64,000 nucleotides of DNA from Schmidtea polychroa (lineage: Eukaryota): positions 32,676,001 through 32,740,000 of the forward strand of contig CM097885.1 in the NCBI GenBank assembly GCA_044892525.1, written 5' to 3'. Positions 20,135 through 35,200 of the stretch are shown here, piece by piece. The notes beneath the pieces are model-generated. The model had not been told where the DNA came from and ran no database searches. It was given only the letters and a program-made list of their open reading frames with translations. Numbering within the stretch: the stretch's first letter is position 1; every line of letters starts with the position of its first letter. The position numbers and the translations under genes are program-made.

Positions 20135-21753
20135 TATTTGGGCTAGAACCTAGAATTGAGAACTTGTTTTAATGAATCAAAAATATATAAAATATAAATC
20201 GCACCAAGTTAAATTAAAACACCAATCAATACAAATTAAAGTACATAATACATTGATGATAAATAAGACCCGGGTGATAAAATAAAGGAACGCAAAAAAA
20301 GTCGCCATCACTAACACAATTAGGAGAAATATCGCCTTCGGAATATCTAACAACTAAAAAATAAAATAATAATGAATAAAATAATGGGTAATAAATTAAT
20401 TAATAATATGGAAAATTTTTAAATAAATAAATTTGAAATCTAAAACAAAATATCTAGTAAACTCATAAAATGATAAAAAGTAGAATTAAAGTAGTAAAAT
20501 TAGATAAATTATAAAATTTATAAAACCAAATTGTTTAAATCAATGAAACTAAAATAAAATTAGCAAAAACTATTTAAATTATAGAATTTATAAAAATAAA
20601 TCTTAAAAATTAATAAAAATTAGAATTTTGATTAATTAAATTAATTAAATTTAAAAATAAACACATTCATGCATGCATGCAAAAATTAATCAGAATTGCC
20701 TCGCATCCTAATTGGATATAGTAGCAGAGAATGCGTAGGCGTACAATTCAATCAGTATAAATACTGATTACAAATTCATTTGAAAAAACTGGTTTTTCAG
20801 ATTTACACAACAAATCGTTTTTCAGGCAGTGAACATATGCTCTCAATTTTCGATTTTATGCCATCGTGGTATTGGATGTGGTAATTTTATTTGTTAATTT
20901 GTAATTTTTAGGTAAATTTTTGAAAGTTAATAAATCTTTGTATTACATTTAGTTTTAGTCAATTTTTTTTGTTTTTGTTCTTTTTAATTGTTTAATTTCA
21001 TTTAGTTTTTAAGTTTTAAATAATAATTTTTATTCGGTTCAACTTTTACATTAATTAATTTTGAATAGTAGTTATAGTGGAGCTGGAATCCAGTAGGCCA
21101 CAGCTTAAGGGACACTAGTTGTTCCTCTTGCGAGTAGGTTGGCTGGCTTTCAGATTCAGACGGATTAATCGGGCCATAACGTGGGGGCTTCTCCACTTGT
21201 CCGTCGCCGTAAGTATTTTGATTGGAACTTAGGTCAGAATTAGAAATACAGGCAGATCCCTGCTCAAATTTTTGAAGAATAATTTAAATATGGGAAATGT
21301 AGATTAACTTGGAAATAAGGTCCGATCCCTGTTCAAATTCTTTGGAAGATAGGTTAAATATTCATAGATATCAAGGAAAACAACATTTATTAATAGGAAA
21401 ATAAGGGTGGATCCCTGCGTAAAATTTTAGAAAAGAACAATTGGTAATACCCGTAATTGAGGACCACAGATAATCTAACAACAGCATAGATAGTGAATAA
21501 TGACGTAAGGCCTTCTATAGGCAGTCCAGAACCCGAAGAGAAAATACAATGCGGAGTAGTTTTAGCAATAGAGCTCAGCTGCTCATTGTTTTTTCGCCTT
21601 TGTGTACAGTATCAACATGGTCGTCACCATGGTTACACAAATGGTTTATAGTACAATAGTCATGGAGGTGCTTAGGAAAGAGTCGAGTGAATACCTGTGA
21701 TTACCCCTAACGTATTTAAAATTAAAAAATGACACACCCTTAAGTAACCAACG
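20135..21753 (+). repeat. ~1.6 kb LTR, probably the 5' LTR of a truncated Gypsy element
   Basis: Colinear with 40942-42627; termini decayed (TATTTGGGCTAG ... TAACCAACG); followed by a PBS-like sequence. Confidence 0.85.
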
Positions 21754-21760
21754 TGATTTT

Positions 21761-21778
21761 TGGGGGCTCAGTGGGGAT
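21761..21778 (+). promoter_or_regulatory. Primer-binding-site-like sequence (tRNA-Pro type)
   Basis: TGGGGGCTCAGTGGGGAT, 7 nt after the LTR end; the tRNA-Pro PBS is TGGGGGCTCGTCCGGGAT. Confidence 0.65.
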
Positions 21779-23102
21779 TATGATTAAACTTTTTGTCGAT
21801 TAAGGTGAAATTCACCGGGATTTAGATATATCAAATTGTGTTTGTCGGAAAACCACGAACAAATAATAATCGCCCTTACTCGGAAATTTTGTGAATTCTA
21901 GAACAAAATACTAAAAACTAGGGGAAAAGGAATAATATCAAATTGAAAAATTAAAAGGAATTAAAAAATTATCTTAGAAATAAAATTAATTATTAAAAAT
22001 ATAAAATCGGAAATTTAAAATAAAAAAATCTTCAGCAATATATTCTCTGGCAATTGCATACAATTTTGACGTTGAACAGTTTGCATAATTCATCGGTGTA
22101 ATTCCAATATTCGATACAAGAAGTGTGAGGAGGGTACTTGTTGGGTTTGATTGATTTGCGGAGTTGGTTGTGTCAGATGAAATGCGATACAGATGTGGAC
22201 ATTTACAGCAACTCGATGATGATGACCATTTACAGCAACTCGAAACATTGGAAAATAAATATTTCATTCAGTGAGAAATTCAGTGAAACATTTTGAAATT
22301 CATATTTAATTGGTCGATCCACATTTTGACACACATTCACCCATTGACATTCTTCTTCTTGGGGTTTACAGAGGAATGACGAATAATACATATACCTCAG
22401 AGGTCCTGTGAAACTCTATAAGCCAATGTATCAGAGAATTAAGGCGAAGAATACCAAGTAAAACTTCATTAAATTATAAAATTAACTTATTTTTCAAAAT
22501 TTAAAAGAAGTGATGGAATTTTGAAGAGAAAATGAAAAAATTTAATAGTAAGTTAAAAACCTGTTCCTGGTATACAACCGGTTGGCATAGTATTAATGTT
22601 GCCTAAAAACAAGTGTTATTCAGAAATTAAGGTTAACTGCCAGGACGCCAACAAAATTATATTCTTTTAATTTAGTAAATCTTATCCGCAAATAAAATGG
22701 GGAGAGTTCAAGAATATTGAGTAATTTTTGAAGATGAATTGATAATTTTATTAATTAACTAAATAAAAAATACTATAAAAATATATCTTTCATTGTTATT
22801 ATTAAATTTGATTATTAGTTCATTATTTTTATCCTGTTTTGTAAAATGTGGAATAAATTTGAACAGAAAAATTAAATAATTATCTAACTAAATACTAAAA
22901 TATTTTAAAGTTCATTAAATTACAATTTTTATCACTAACTCTCAATAAATTTCATTAACTTTTAAACACATTAAATTTCACTTCATTTCAAGGGCAACTG
23001 TACAAATATCTTTATAGGTTTTGTTTTAATTTTCTGTACTGTAACGTTTACAAACATAATTTTATTTGACGTGGTTTATCAACTACTACATCTCAGTTAA
23101 TC

Positions 23103-26100
23103 ATGAATGCCAAGTCTTTAAGAAAAAAAAATAAGAATCTTTCTTATTTCTCTCATGAATATGTAATACAAAATCATGGTGATATTGTAAGCTTTGTCGC
23201 AATGATCGTTGTGATGGGATTGATGTTTAAGGTACTTTTTATATAATCAAAGTTTATTATATGTTATTCAGATTTCTACTCCATTAGCTTCAATGTTTGT
23301 TGTTATGAGTCATAATGTTACAAATAATGGTTTTTTTTTATTATTTATAAAAATTTTTAACACTTATTATTTTATAGAAACGTTATCCAACAAATTGGAA
23401 AATCTGTATCTACCAGGTCGTAATGATATCTTATGCTGCATGTTCTATACATTAATTTGTATTGTTATTCATGCTGTCATACAAGAATATGTATTAGATG
23501 TAAGTGTAATTTCAAACTATTAAATAACAACATGAGATAATGTAGCATTTTTAATGATTTTTAACAATTGAAAAATATTAATGCTTCAAAATTTGTTTAC
23601 ATTTTAAATTTGTATATTAAATTGAAAATCTTTAACAAAGAATCAAGTACAAATTTAAATTTCATAAAATTTATTTGAAGTTATTTAACAATAACTAATA
23701 ATAATAATGTGTAAATATTCATTTTTATACATTTCTATGTAAATATTGTTAAAATTATTATATAAAAATTATGTTGCCGAAGTTATTGGCAATTTGTAAT
23801 TGATTTGGAATCTTTGAAAATCCTCTGAAATGATTTACAAGATTAAAAATTTCCAATTAAATATAAATGTATCAATAAATTATTATCTTGATTTATAATT
23901 TTTCTATTGGCTATTTAATTCAAAATAAATAAACCATTCATTAGTTTTTTATTTAATAAATTAAATTAAACTATTTTTTATAATAATATATTACATCTAA
24001 TTCATCAGTAGTATAACTTTCTTGGTTGAACACGTTACATTATCTATGTTAATGATGCATGAAATATTTGCTGGACAGATTAATTTTCATTAGAGATGTT
24101 GGGCAGTCCTTGAGTACGAAATTAAATACATCGTTTGATAAAAATTAATGTATTTAAAATTAAAAACCTTCCTTAATACATTTAAAATTGTGACCTTGGG
24201 AATAAAGTTGATCTAATGTACCACTGCGGTTAATGCAGTAGAATAATTTTTGGTTGGCTATAGTGGAAATTTTTTTTATAATCTCTCAATAGAATTGTAT
24301 CTAACTTTTGTTTCACGGACATTTTATTATAAATTATATCTATATGAATGTATTTGAAGATTGTACATAGACTGAAATACATGAGAACACATAAAAAATA
24401 TATAAATAGAATTCTGTGGGGTTAAAAAATATCAAGATTTTTGGAAATTTGGCGGTAAAATATAAAAAATATTAAATTATCTTAAAACAAATAATATCGA
24501 AATTTCATAATCATGTCCTTATTTTCGATCAGTGATGAATTGTAAATTTTCGGGATTTTTTCAATAGATTTTTTAATTTTTTGATTTTTATTAATTTGAC
24601 TAATAAATTTTGAAACGAAATAGTAAAATTTGATTGAAATTTTAGAAACTGAACAAAAAATTACATTTATCCAAGACCAAATACAGTAAATTCAATGAAT
24701 CGGGACAGTTGGCAGTGTTTTATCTCGTGTCAGCCATTTGCGGTGCTAATATAATCTACACTGAAAAATATATAACGAGCTTGAGTGATCTCTGGGAAAC
24801 TTATCCAAATATTCCACTGACGTAAACAGTTGTTTCTCATATTACAATTGAATTTTTATGTTTCTTTCAGATTTTGGGCGAAGTTCTATTTTATTTTTCA
24901 AGTAATTAAGTCAGCATTAAGTTTTGATATTTAATTGTGCCTTTCAGATATGCTATTGGTTGCATAACTTTCCGGAATTATATTTCCAGAAGGTGAAACG
25001 AGTAAGTTGTTATTCTTTGAAATAAAATTAATTAAGTTGATTAAAATGTCAAGTGTCAATTACGTTATTGATGAAGTAACTAATTAAAATGAGATAATAA
25101 TAAATTAGCACAATATTTTGTACCCGATCCACATAGCCGAGGAAAATAGCTGATTATATAAATTTCCCTAGTATTATGTGGCAATAATAATTAGCGTCAA
25201 ATAATTGTACAGTTTCCTATTGCAAATAGAGTTTGTTGCCTATTATGAGTAATAACTGATCCGACATGATTTGGAGATATCACCAAATTGGAGCTTGCGA
25301 TAAATTGTCTAAATTTATATACGATGCTGGCTTACAGTTGAAATTGAAAATAACCAAACGCCATAATAACAAAAAATATGTATAAAATGAAAATTCCTTC
25401 GATTGTAACGCATCGTAAATTTGCGTTGCATATTTTTATTTCAAATCAAATTTTGCGTTACATTCTGCTTTCATATTCTTTACTATATATAACAATAATA
25501 AATTATAGATTATCAATAAATTATCAATATTTAATTTATGGCCTCTATTTAGTTAACAATTAAGGTTTAAATGTTTGTAAAATATCACAGTACCATGAAC
25601 CAGTAGTTATGCATAGATAATATATAGGGAATTTATGAAGCAAGCAAATATTCACGTGGGAAGCATCGTATTGTATTAGATGTTATGAAATCAAATTACG
25701 TTTACTTTTCATTTTATTAATTGGCGATGGATATTACAATAATAATGGAATAATTTATTTTAAGGACGAAATGCCTGCTCGGGTACTTTATACAACTCTC
25801 TACTTATTCGCTGTTCTGATGCCTTATGTATTAAAGTAACTTATATTAAATATTTGGTCATCAATTTGAAATTCTGATAATTAGCATGACTCGTCTTGGA
25901 CTAGTGCTATTGGTTGCCAATTATATCGTAGAATTTATTTTCCACATTTCCAGATTAATCTATTTCTCTGGTAAAATTAAATATGCTAAAATTGGGTAAT
26001 TTTACTATATTTGCGTTTATTAAACCTTTAAAAATATCTAGATTTCTTCTGTGGGATGTTTTGTTTGTAGCAACTAGAATCCTCTGTACTGCTCTTGCAT

Positions 26101-27348
26101 TCTTATATTTCCAGTAAGCCTGATTTTATTAATAGACACAATTTATTATTCTTCAAGTGTCGGATTGGAGCAAAAGAATCAGCCAACTATCAAAATTGCT
26201 GAAGGAAACTTTAATACCAAAATCGTCAGGTAAAAGCTTTAATATTTTCTTTTAGATCCTGAAAAATCGTGATTTGTTGTAGATTGAATGGATTGGTGTT
26301 TATATTTGTCACTCAACTCTATGCTATGTGGAATTTCTTGCATTTCCACATGAAAAGATGGAGAGAGAAAGCTTCCACTGGAAAACAAGGCTCGAAAACG
26401 TTTCTCGACACCAAAAAGAAAGACGGAAACAAAAGAAAATGTAAATTTTATTCGTTATAAAAATAATTTTTAATTATAATTATGAATTTTATATGTAAAT
26501 CAATAAAATATTTCAATATTAAATACTATTGCTAATTAATTTCATATTATCTATGAACTTTAATTTTAATGGATTCGGCTGTTAATTGAAGCTTTATTTA
26601 CGTTACTAATAATGTAAATATAAATTCCTTCTATGTATTAGTCAAGTAGTTTATTTTTTCGATATTCAAATTCATAATTCAAATACTTAAATTAGTGAAA
26701 TCCACTAAAGTGACTTAAAATTTATTCTTACTGAATTATTCACAAATTTTATCAAAAAAATAAAGTGAATGGTGGATTTCATTAAATAAATTTACCATTT
26801 TCATTAATAATCTCGCGCTAGTAGTTAACATCCTGGTAAATATCCAGTAAATATCCATCGATATGCATCTGTATAACGGATACTGGCTTTTTCATAGCAG
26901 ATCTTGGTTGGTTATAAATATCAATTTTATTCATTAAAATATTTCGAATTCCTTATAAGAATTTTGAAATTTTAGGTAAATAAGAATAGAAAATAAAATT
27001 AAATAATTAATATATAAATCAATAAAATATTTCAATATTAAATAATTATTTTTATGTATGAAATAATTTATTTATATTTTACTTTGATAACATATTAATG
27101 GATTTGTCCGCTAATCTACAGTAATAGTAATGAATAATGGTATATAAGAAAACTCTAAAAAGTGTTTATGAATAAGATCTATTTTTTTCAATCTCATCTT
27201 GGTTTTCTGTGCCAGTTTAAAAAGCGAATAATTCCTAATACATTTTATTCTAGCTAAAAAAGACGAAGATGAATTGAACGAGCTGCCGGAAGCTGATCAG
27301 AACGAACAGAAAGAATTGAGACAGCGCAAATCAAAATCCAAATTGTGA
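23103..27348 (+). CDS. TRAM1: Translocating chain-associated membrane protein (TRAM1/2-like), multi-exon
   Basis: Manually spliced GT-AG exons: 23103-23231 (SHEYVIQNHGDIVS), 23272-23329, 23378-23499 (IHAVIQEYVLD), 24646-24820 (HLSKTKYSKFNESGQL), 24871-24901, 24948-25001 (YWLHNFPELYFQK), 25765-25835, ~25885-25995, ~26042-26113, ~26158-26229, ~26283-26440, 27254-27348. Confidence 0.93.
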
Positions 27349-27789
27349 ACTGATCGGCATTTACAAGGAAATTTCTCCCATTTAATGTTTAATCAAATTG
27401 CGTGAATGTGTTTTGAAAATATTTTGCATCTTTGTTTTGTTATTGACTTGTTTATTGTTATTTCAATTGTTCTTTATTTTCTGGTGGTTTGAAATCAGTA
27501 ATTTCTTAATAGTTGTGTTAAAATATAATTGGTGGTTAAAATGATTTTTAACAAATATTGGTTTATAAATTTATATAACATTTCCATGGTAACGGAATTA
27601 TATAGATACATTAAGAAAATAAAAATTTTTATTGATTTTATAAACCAAATTTAAACCCAGTGATGGGATTGAGTTAGTATTAGTTCTCTAGTAAGTGTGT
27701 ATGGATATTGTATTTATTTTACCAATCAATAAAAATTTGGAAAGCGTACGGTTCCACAGAAAATTGAATCCATCGCTGTTTAAAGTTTA

Positions 27790-29358
27790 ACCTAATTTCA
27801 GGACACAACACTGACAGCATTAACCAAGCAATCTTTAATAAATTCTGCATTTACAAATGACTTGTTTTGCTTTGCAATTTTATTGGCCAATATAAATCTA
27901 GCTTTCGTCGCGTTCTTTTGTAAAGATGACGTTTTACTGTTGCTTTCATCATTTTATCAGTTCAAGTGGCTTTCTTTTGCAGTTCTTTTGATAAATTGTG
28001 TCTGGTTTGAATATGCCGTTCCAAATTGTATTCTTTGAATAGACCAAACACAGCTTTAAATCCAACGTTGGTAAATAAACATCTTTCAGTTCACGATTTG
28101 TTAAAAACACGGATTCGTTTTCAACTTTTCGCTTTATAAATCGCTTTAAACAACTCATTTTGTGTAAATCTTTTTTAGATAATAAAGCTAGTATAAATTA
28201 AAATGACCCACTGCTTTTTCTTTACTAAAAATCTATATTTGGGTAGCAGTGTCAGAGTAACTTATAGTGAACAAACACGTTTTAATCACTTTGGTAGGTG
28301 TGGGAGTCAGTTGCCAGATTACACCAACCGGCATTTGATTATCATCAAATGGCCATTGATTTGCATATTTAATAATATAAATATTAACTTACCTATAATA
28401 AATGTATGTGTGTCATAGCCAGAAGGGACATTGAATTAGCTAGGTGACATTCAATTAGCTCTTACACTATAGAAAGATAGAAAAAATCGCTGTTGGAAGA
28501 AAAATAAATACATACAAACACGGTTCTATAATAAAAAATACACACTATAGGACATTGATTTATCATGCGGACATTCAATTAGCTAAAAATTTTCCATTTA
28601 AAATTAATTAATTATAAAAAAATATACAAGAATATGTCAGAAACTTCATCAGGATCGACTATTTCATTTCAAGAAATACATAGATGAATGCTCTTCAATA
28701 GATGGACGAACAAGAGATTCGGTAGATCACGAGTAGACAATAGAATTTATAACAATATACCAACAAATCGAGGTCTCAATTTTCAAAGATGAGCTAATCC
28801 ATTTACAATAATATATCTTCATTGACTATTCAAATAGAAAAATTGCCATATAATCCATTTTTGAACCCCATCGAAAGTGTTGAGCAAAATTAAAAATGCG
28901 GTAAGGACTAGAGTTTCTTCGGTTGATAGATTTTCCAGACAGATTTACCTTCAATGAATGATTTACTGCAATATTCCAAGCAGTTAACGAGAAACTTCGA
29001 AAACCAGATCATAATAATTTCAAAAATCATATTAATAATCATATTAAAGATTCTTCCCTAAATTCTTGATATTTTAATAAAACTATGAAAAATTTAATGT
29101 ATATTATAATAAATAAATAAATATCTTACTTCTTTATTCATTATTTTTAAAAAAATCTTAAAATTAACTAAAATCCAGAACAAAGCTTATTTGACAAAGC
29201 TAAATGAATGTCTCATTTATGATAATTAAATGCGCTTTGGTGTATTTGATGGTGCATTATGCTATTAGTTTTTTTTTGTATCTTTTTTAAAAATTCTAAC
29301 TTGACCTTAGCGGGCCGCATAAAAATATCATTCTGACTGTAGTTTTTGCTCATCCCTG
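27790..29358 (-). mobile_element. Decayed hAT (SPIN/Charlie/GTF2IRD2-like) transposon, 5' portion
   Basis: Minus-strand terminus CAGGGATGAGCAAAAACTAC...ATGCGGCCCGC at 29358; minus-strand remnants KRKVENE and ATKARFILANKIAKQNKSFVNAEFIKDCL. Confidence 0.65.
28426..29215 (+). mobile_element. Decayed IS630/Tc1-like transposon nested in the hAT remnant
   Basis: Remnants YIDEC (~28677) and LPYNPFLNPIE..SKIKNAVR (~28843-28905); GACATTCAATTAGCT-like motifs repeated on the left and inverted at ~29199-29215. Confidence 0.55.
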
Positions 29359-30027
29359 GTTTAAACCAACTTCATATTGATAACAAAAGGTTTTATTATA
29401 TAAATTGTGTTCATATTAAATCCTTGTTTGGGGTTACACGTATACTTGTTGAGTTCATAGGTACGGTAGTCTGTTTAGATTCCAAATGAACCAATTAAAA
29501 ATGTGTTTTTGTGTTTATTTAATAAATAATCCAAATTTTTACAAAGTAACTACACAAAAGTGATGCTGAACAATAAAGCAAGATATCAGTTTGTTAAACC
29601 GGTTTCAGGTATTTCTAGTTACCTGTCACAAAATGGACCAATAACTCGGTATAGATGAGTGATGAAAAATTAGGGATTCCTTACCGATAGCTTTTAATTG
29701 AGAATAACCAAGGGATATCAGTTTACTCAAATTCTCAAAACCTTGTGTGATAATGAATGAGATGAGATGGCAAAAAATGATGCAGCAGTATCTTTGGAAA
29801 ATCTTTGGAAAAGTTTTATTTTGTAATTACTGGGTATACGATAAGTATGGAATTTCATAAAGAACGGAAGTGGGATACGACTAAGACATTTTAAATCTAA
29901 CTCCAACTAATTAAAATGCGCGTTAAGTTGTTAAATGAATAAATAAACGATATGTTATATAAACTTTATTATTGATCAATCCAAATTCCTTTTACAATTA
30001 ACTAAAATACTATTTAAATTCCCAGTT

Positions 30028-30808
30028 AGTAGTAGGATTGGAGCTCCCCAGATCAGGAGCTCCCCGCATCACATATACCCCCTCCCCCCCCCCCCCGGGA
30101 AAAAAAATTTTTTTTTTTAATTTTTTGTTTTAATTAATTGGCCTGGCGGGCTCACACTTTTTTTCATCCCAAAAATTAATGTTCCCACCAACATATTTTA
30201 TTGACCGATACCTCATCTTAAAGCCCAGTCCAAGACCTTTCGAATGAGCTATAGGTATCATATATATCTTTAATAGTTTTAATGTTATTAACAATTGATG
30301 ACCACCATCTTTTCAACGTTAAATTATTATTATTATTCAAAATATTATTAATTGGCCGGGCGGGGACATACTTTTTCTCATCCCAAAAATTAATGTTCCC
30401 ATTATCCGAATTTATTAATCGATAGCTTATTTTGAAGCGTAGTCTAAGACCTTTCAATTGAGCCATAGAAGGTATCATCATCATTAATATTAACAAAGAG
30501 AATGACTCACCCAATGACTCACCCAACGATGTCTAATATTTTTAGAACGATGACTCATCAAGGTCATTCCCAAGGTCATATGACTCATCAAGGTCAAGGT
30601 CATTTTTTTTTAATTTAATTTTTTGTTTTAATTAAGTAATCTTTTTATTTTCAAGGTCATTTAATTTTCAAGGTCATTTATTATTTTCAAGGTCATTTAT
30701 TTTTTCAAGGTCATTTATTTTTTCAAGGTCATTTACTTTTCAAGGTCATTTAATTTTCAAGATCATTTATTAAAATAATTATTATTTTCTAAGTTTTTAG
30801 TTTCTAAG

Positions 30809-30868
<60 letters not shown>

Positions 30869-31997
30869 CATATATACACCGAGTCTATCCGACAAGATAT
30901 TCTGTCCCCCTATGGGTACTGCTCACAAATGTACTACTCACATTCAACAAGTCACAAATGTACTACTCACACTCAACAAGTCACATGGGTACTGTTCACA
31001 AAGCTACTGGTAAAAATATTCAAGACAAAACTTTCTAAATTCTAAATATTATTCTTTAAATATACACTAAAATTTATTAACACATTCACATTCATCATCT
31101 CCACAGTTCATAACATTTTCAACAACATGATCTATACAATCCCTATATACACACGGTTCAGTATCCGTAAATTCCTCCATAGGTTCATCAATTTCTTGAA
31201 TGCTTTCCTCATCATCTTGAGTGTTTTCTTCATCTGCTTCATCAAGGTCATTTATTTTTTCAAGGTCATTTATTTTTCAAAATATTATTTTCAAGGTCAA
31301 GGTCAAGGTCATTTATTTTTTCAAGGTCATTTATTTTTTCAAGGTCATTTATTTTTTCAAGGTCATTTATTTTTTCAAGGTCATATTTTAAAATTTAAAT
31401 GTACAGAGTTCCCGACAACGATAATTATTCAACGATAGCTCATTTTAAAGCCCAATGCAAGACCTTTCGATTGATTCATAGAAGGTATCATCATCATTAT
31501 TATTGACAAAGTTATTAACAATTGATGACCACCATCTTTTCAACGTTAAATTATTATTATTTTCCAAAATATTATTAATTGGCCGGGAGGGCCCCTACTC
31601 TTTTTCATCCCAAAAATTAATGTTCCCATTATCCGAATTTATTGGACGATACCTCATCTTAAAGCTCAGTCCAAGACCTTTCGAATGAGCCATAGAAGGT
31701 ATCATCATCATTAATATTAACAAAGAGAATGACTCACCCAATGACTCACCCAACGATGTCTAATATTTTTAGAACGATGACTCATCAAGGTCATTCCCAA
31801 GGTCATATGACTCATCAAGGTCAAGGTCATTTTTTTTTAATTTAATTTTTTGTTTTAATTAAGTAATCTTTTTATTTTCAAGGTCATTTAATTTTCAAGG
31901 TCATTTAATTTTCAAGGTCATTTAATTTTCAAGGTCATTTAATTTTCAAGGTCATTTATTAAAATAATTATTATTTTCTAAGTTTTTAGTTTCTAAG

Positions 31998-32058
<61 letters not shown>

Positions 32059-32253
32059 ATTATAATTATTATATACTCATAGTCTATCCGACAAGATATT
32101 CTGTCTCCCTATGGGTACTGCACACAAATGTACTACTCACATTCAACAAGTCACCAGGGTACTGCTCACAATCAACAACTCGCTAGGGTATTATTAGTAT
32201 TATTAATAATGACTAAGATATTTTCAAAGAATTATTATTACAACTCCCAAGAA

Positions 32254-32290
<37 letters not shown>
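30028..32290 (+). repeat. Left composite TIR (~214-bp units, TCAAGGTCA arrays, (TTA)n)
   Basis: Blocks are reverse complements of 37447-39546, with differences in unit number. Confidence 0.85.
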
Positions 32291-35200
32291 TTTATTATTC
32301 TAACACTTATTTTAACCCCTTTGAAGTTTATTATTAATTTATCACAGAATAATAAATAATTTCCTAACTTTAATGAAGATTCTTACCACCTGAGAATAAG
32401 ATTTTTTATCAAAATTTGTGTTAATTTGACTGATTCGATTTGATGGAGTTATTGTTAATTCGTTTTATTATATATATACTCTGAGTTTATCCGACAAGAT
32501 ATTTTCTCCCTCTATGGGTACTTTTCACAATTGGTAATGGTCGTAAGGGTACTGATCGTAAAGGTACTGATGTGTTTTAATGATTTTATTTAGGCAAATT
32601 TTTGGTTATTATTTGGAATTAAATTCATTGGTAATTTTTAGAGTTAGCGGGATTTTACCAACATTTTTTGTGAATAATTGAAAGAATATTTAAGGCTTAG
32701 TGTTAATTCTAAGATAAATTTAGTTAATTTCTTGATAATTTGCTATATTTTATTGACTTGTTTTAAAATTTTAAATAAAAATTAATTTTTAATGAGGTTA
32801 ATAATCAAGTGATAGGATAAATTTTGATGATGATGACTTTGTAATGATAATTTGACTAAATAATTTTTTCATATATTTTTCTAAGAATATTTACACATTG
32901 ATGAACTTTAAAATATTGAAAATCTAAAGTTGAAATCAACTAATTTTATCATGATGATGATATATTTGAAATCTACTTGAAAATTAATGTAAAATATACT
33001 GAAATTTGTGATTTAGTTTGAAAGATATATCATTTTATAATGGCTATAATTAGCCGAATCGATGATCAATCAATATATTTCATCTCTAATTAGATATTTG
33101 ATGGTGAATGTGGTGAAATATTTGTAGGAAATATTCATTTTAGCGAATTTTGATCTTTTACTGAGGTCTTTGAATTTAGCTACTAAATTATTTCAATGGA
33201 AGAATGTTTGTAACAATTAAATAAAATTCATATTTTGAAGAATTTTATATGGATTTTAAGATATATTAAAGGGCTCAAGTGGGTGAAATTATATTCGGTT
33301 GTATTTAGTGAAGGTTAAGATGGTAATATATACGATTTAAGGTGTTTAAAATGATAGAAATATTTGGTGAGGGATCGGTTAAGGTGGAAATGTTTGAAAT
33401 CTCTATTTAAATCGACAATGTTCTTATTGGTAAAATTTTAAAGGGAAATAGTCAGTATTTAGCTATGAATTAATAATAGTTCCTGTGAAATTATATCGTT
33501 TTAGAGGTTTATTAGGTTGTGATGAATGTTATTGCACAGTAATTTAGATTTATGTTTTTGAACCAGTTTTTTATTAATTATCCACTGTTTTATTAAGTCG
33601 TTTAGGGTTAATGATCAATTTACTTGGTTTTCACAATGAAATATTTGAAATCTTTAGAATTAATTGGGATGGATATCAAAGGTTATTGCTTTAAATTATT
33701 TATTTAAGAAGTTATTTTATTCATTGTGGGAACATCAGTGACAAAACTTGAGAAATATTGACTTAAAAGTTGGAAATCGACAACGGCTAAAGAAAACTGA
33801 TCTTTATTGAAGGAATTTTATGATTTTAATTAGAAATTAAATCGGTTGAATATTAAAGGTAAAATCTATTGAAGGAATATTATTATCGGATGGATAAGTG
33901 ATATTTTGCTAAATTACCTTTGCTAAATATTATTTTAAATCACTAAAAATGAGAAAATTAAGCACTATTCATAAATTGATGACCCAAAATATCAATGTTT
34001 TGGTTACTCAAACATCTTAAATTTCTCGCAAAGATATATTACGTCTAATGATCATCTAATTAAATTAGAAAATAATTGTTACTTTATATTTCTAACTAAT
34101 AAGCCCCTTAATTGGATAAATGATAACCATATTTCTATTATGACTCCTTTAATTATTTTTGCCTCAAACAAATTTACTCTAAATGATAAAGAATTTAAAA
34201 TTATCAATGAATAATTTTCTCATATTATTAACTATTGTAACGAACATTAGATGAATAAATTACCTTTTGCTTTAAATGTCTAAAAAGTTAACCAATAAAT
34301 TAGTCGCTCGACATAAGTGTAAAGTTACATTTAAAATATTCACAAATTTCTGATTATCTTACCTAAGAATTTCTAAATGATTAATATTGCGACTTGTTGA
34401 GTGTGACCAGTACCCTTGCTAGCAATACCCATAGGGGGACAGAATATTTTGTCGGATAAACTAGGAGTATATGGTCTTTATTGATATATCAAAATACTGT
34501 TATTTATAAATCAACTAAAAATACTCAAAAATACTATATTATTTTACTGAATGATACCTTAAATGTTTTTAATATACATATTTCTAAAATAAATCAACAG
34601 TTCAAACCAACAACATGTATGCAAGACCACCCATTGTTAATTTATTCCCAGTGTCACGTCCCTCAAAAATACCGTGAGTGTTTTAAGAAAGCTGAGCTAA
34701 AAGAAACTTTCCAGATAACAACTCACCTGAATGTTTTGAACAAAAATGAGCGAAATTGAGAACAAACGATTAGATGGCGATTAAATTCTGGCCACAACCC
34801 TAACAACATGAAAATTAAGATTTTAATTATTGAATTCGTTGTTTACTGCCTGGAAATACTAACAGAATATTTTTTAATTCAAAGAATCTTCATTATAAAT
34901 TTTGAATTTAAAAAATTAAATGAAGGATATATAAGTGTACATAAAATTATAATATTATATAAAATTATACTATATAATAATGTTAATGTTTAAATATGTT
35001 TAAATAACTAAATTGTTTAAATATTTTTAAATAACTAAATTAAATTATTTAAATTTAATTTATTTAAATATACTTTTGATATAACTTTATTTCTTTCGTT
35101 TTAGTATCCATAAAGTAAGTAAATAAAGAATTTACTAAAATATTTTAATTATTTTACTTAGTAATGAAGAAAATGAATTATATAATTATGAAGAAGATGA

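Noticed and set aside
21986..22610. Minus-strand signal-peptide-like start (ATG 22469) and Cys-containing frames
   Set aside because: In-frame stops, no recognisable family and no coherent exon chain
27337..27348. TRAM C-terminus ends in SKL (PTS1-like)
   Set aside because: TRAM is a polytopic ER protein with a Lys/Ser-rich tail; probably coincidental
30555..31955. Regularly spaced short repeats resembling a CRISPR array
   Set aside because: Eukaryotic context, 9-bp repeat, non-unique T-rich spacers and no cas genes
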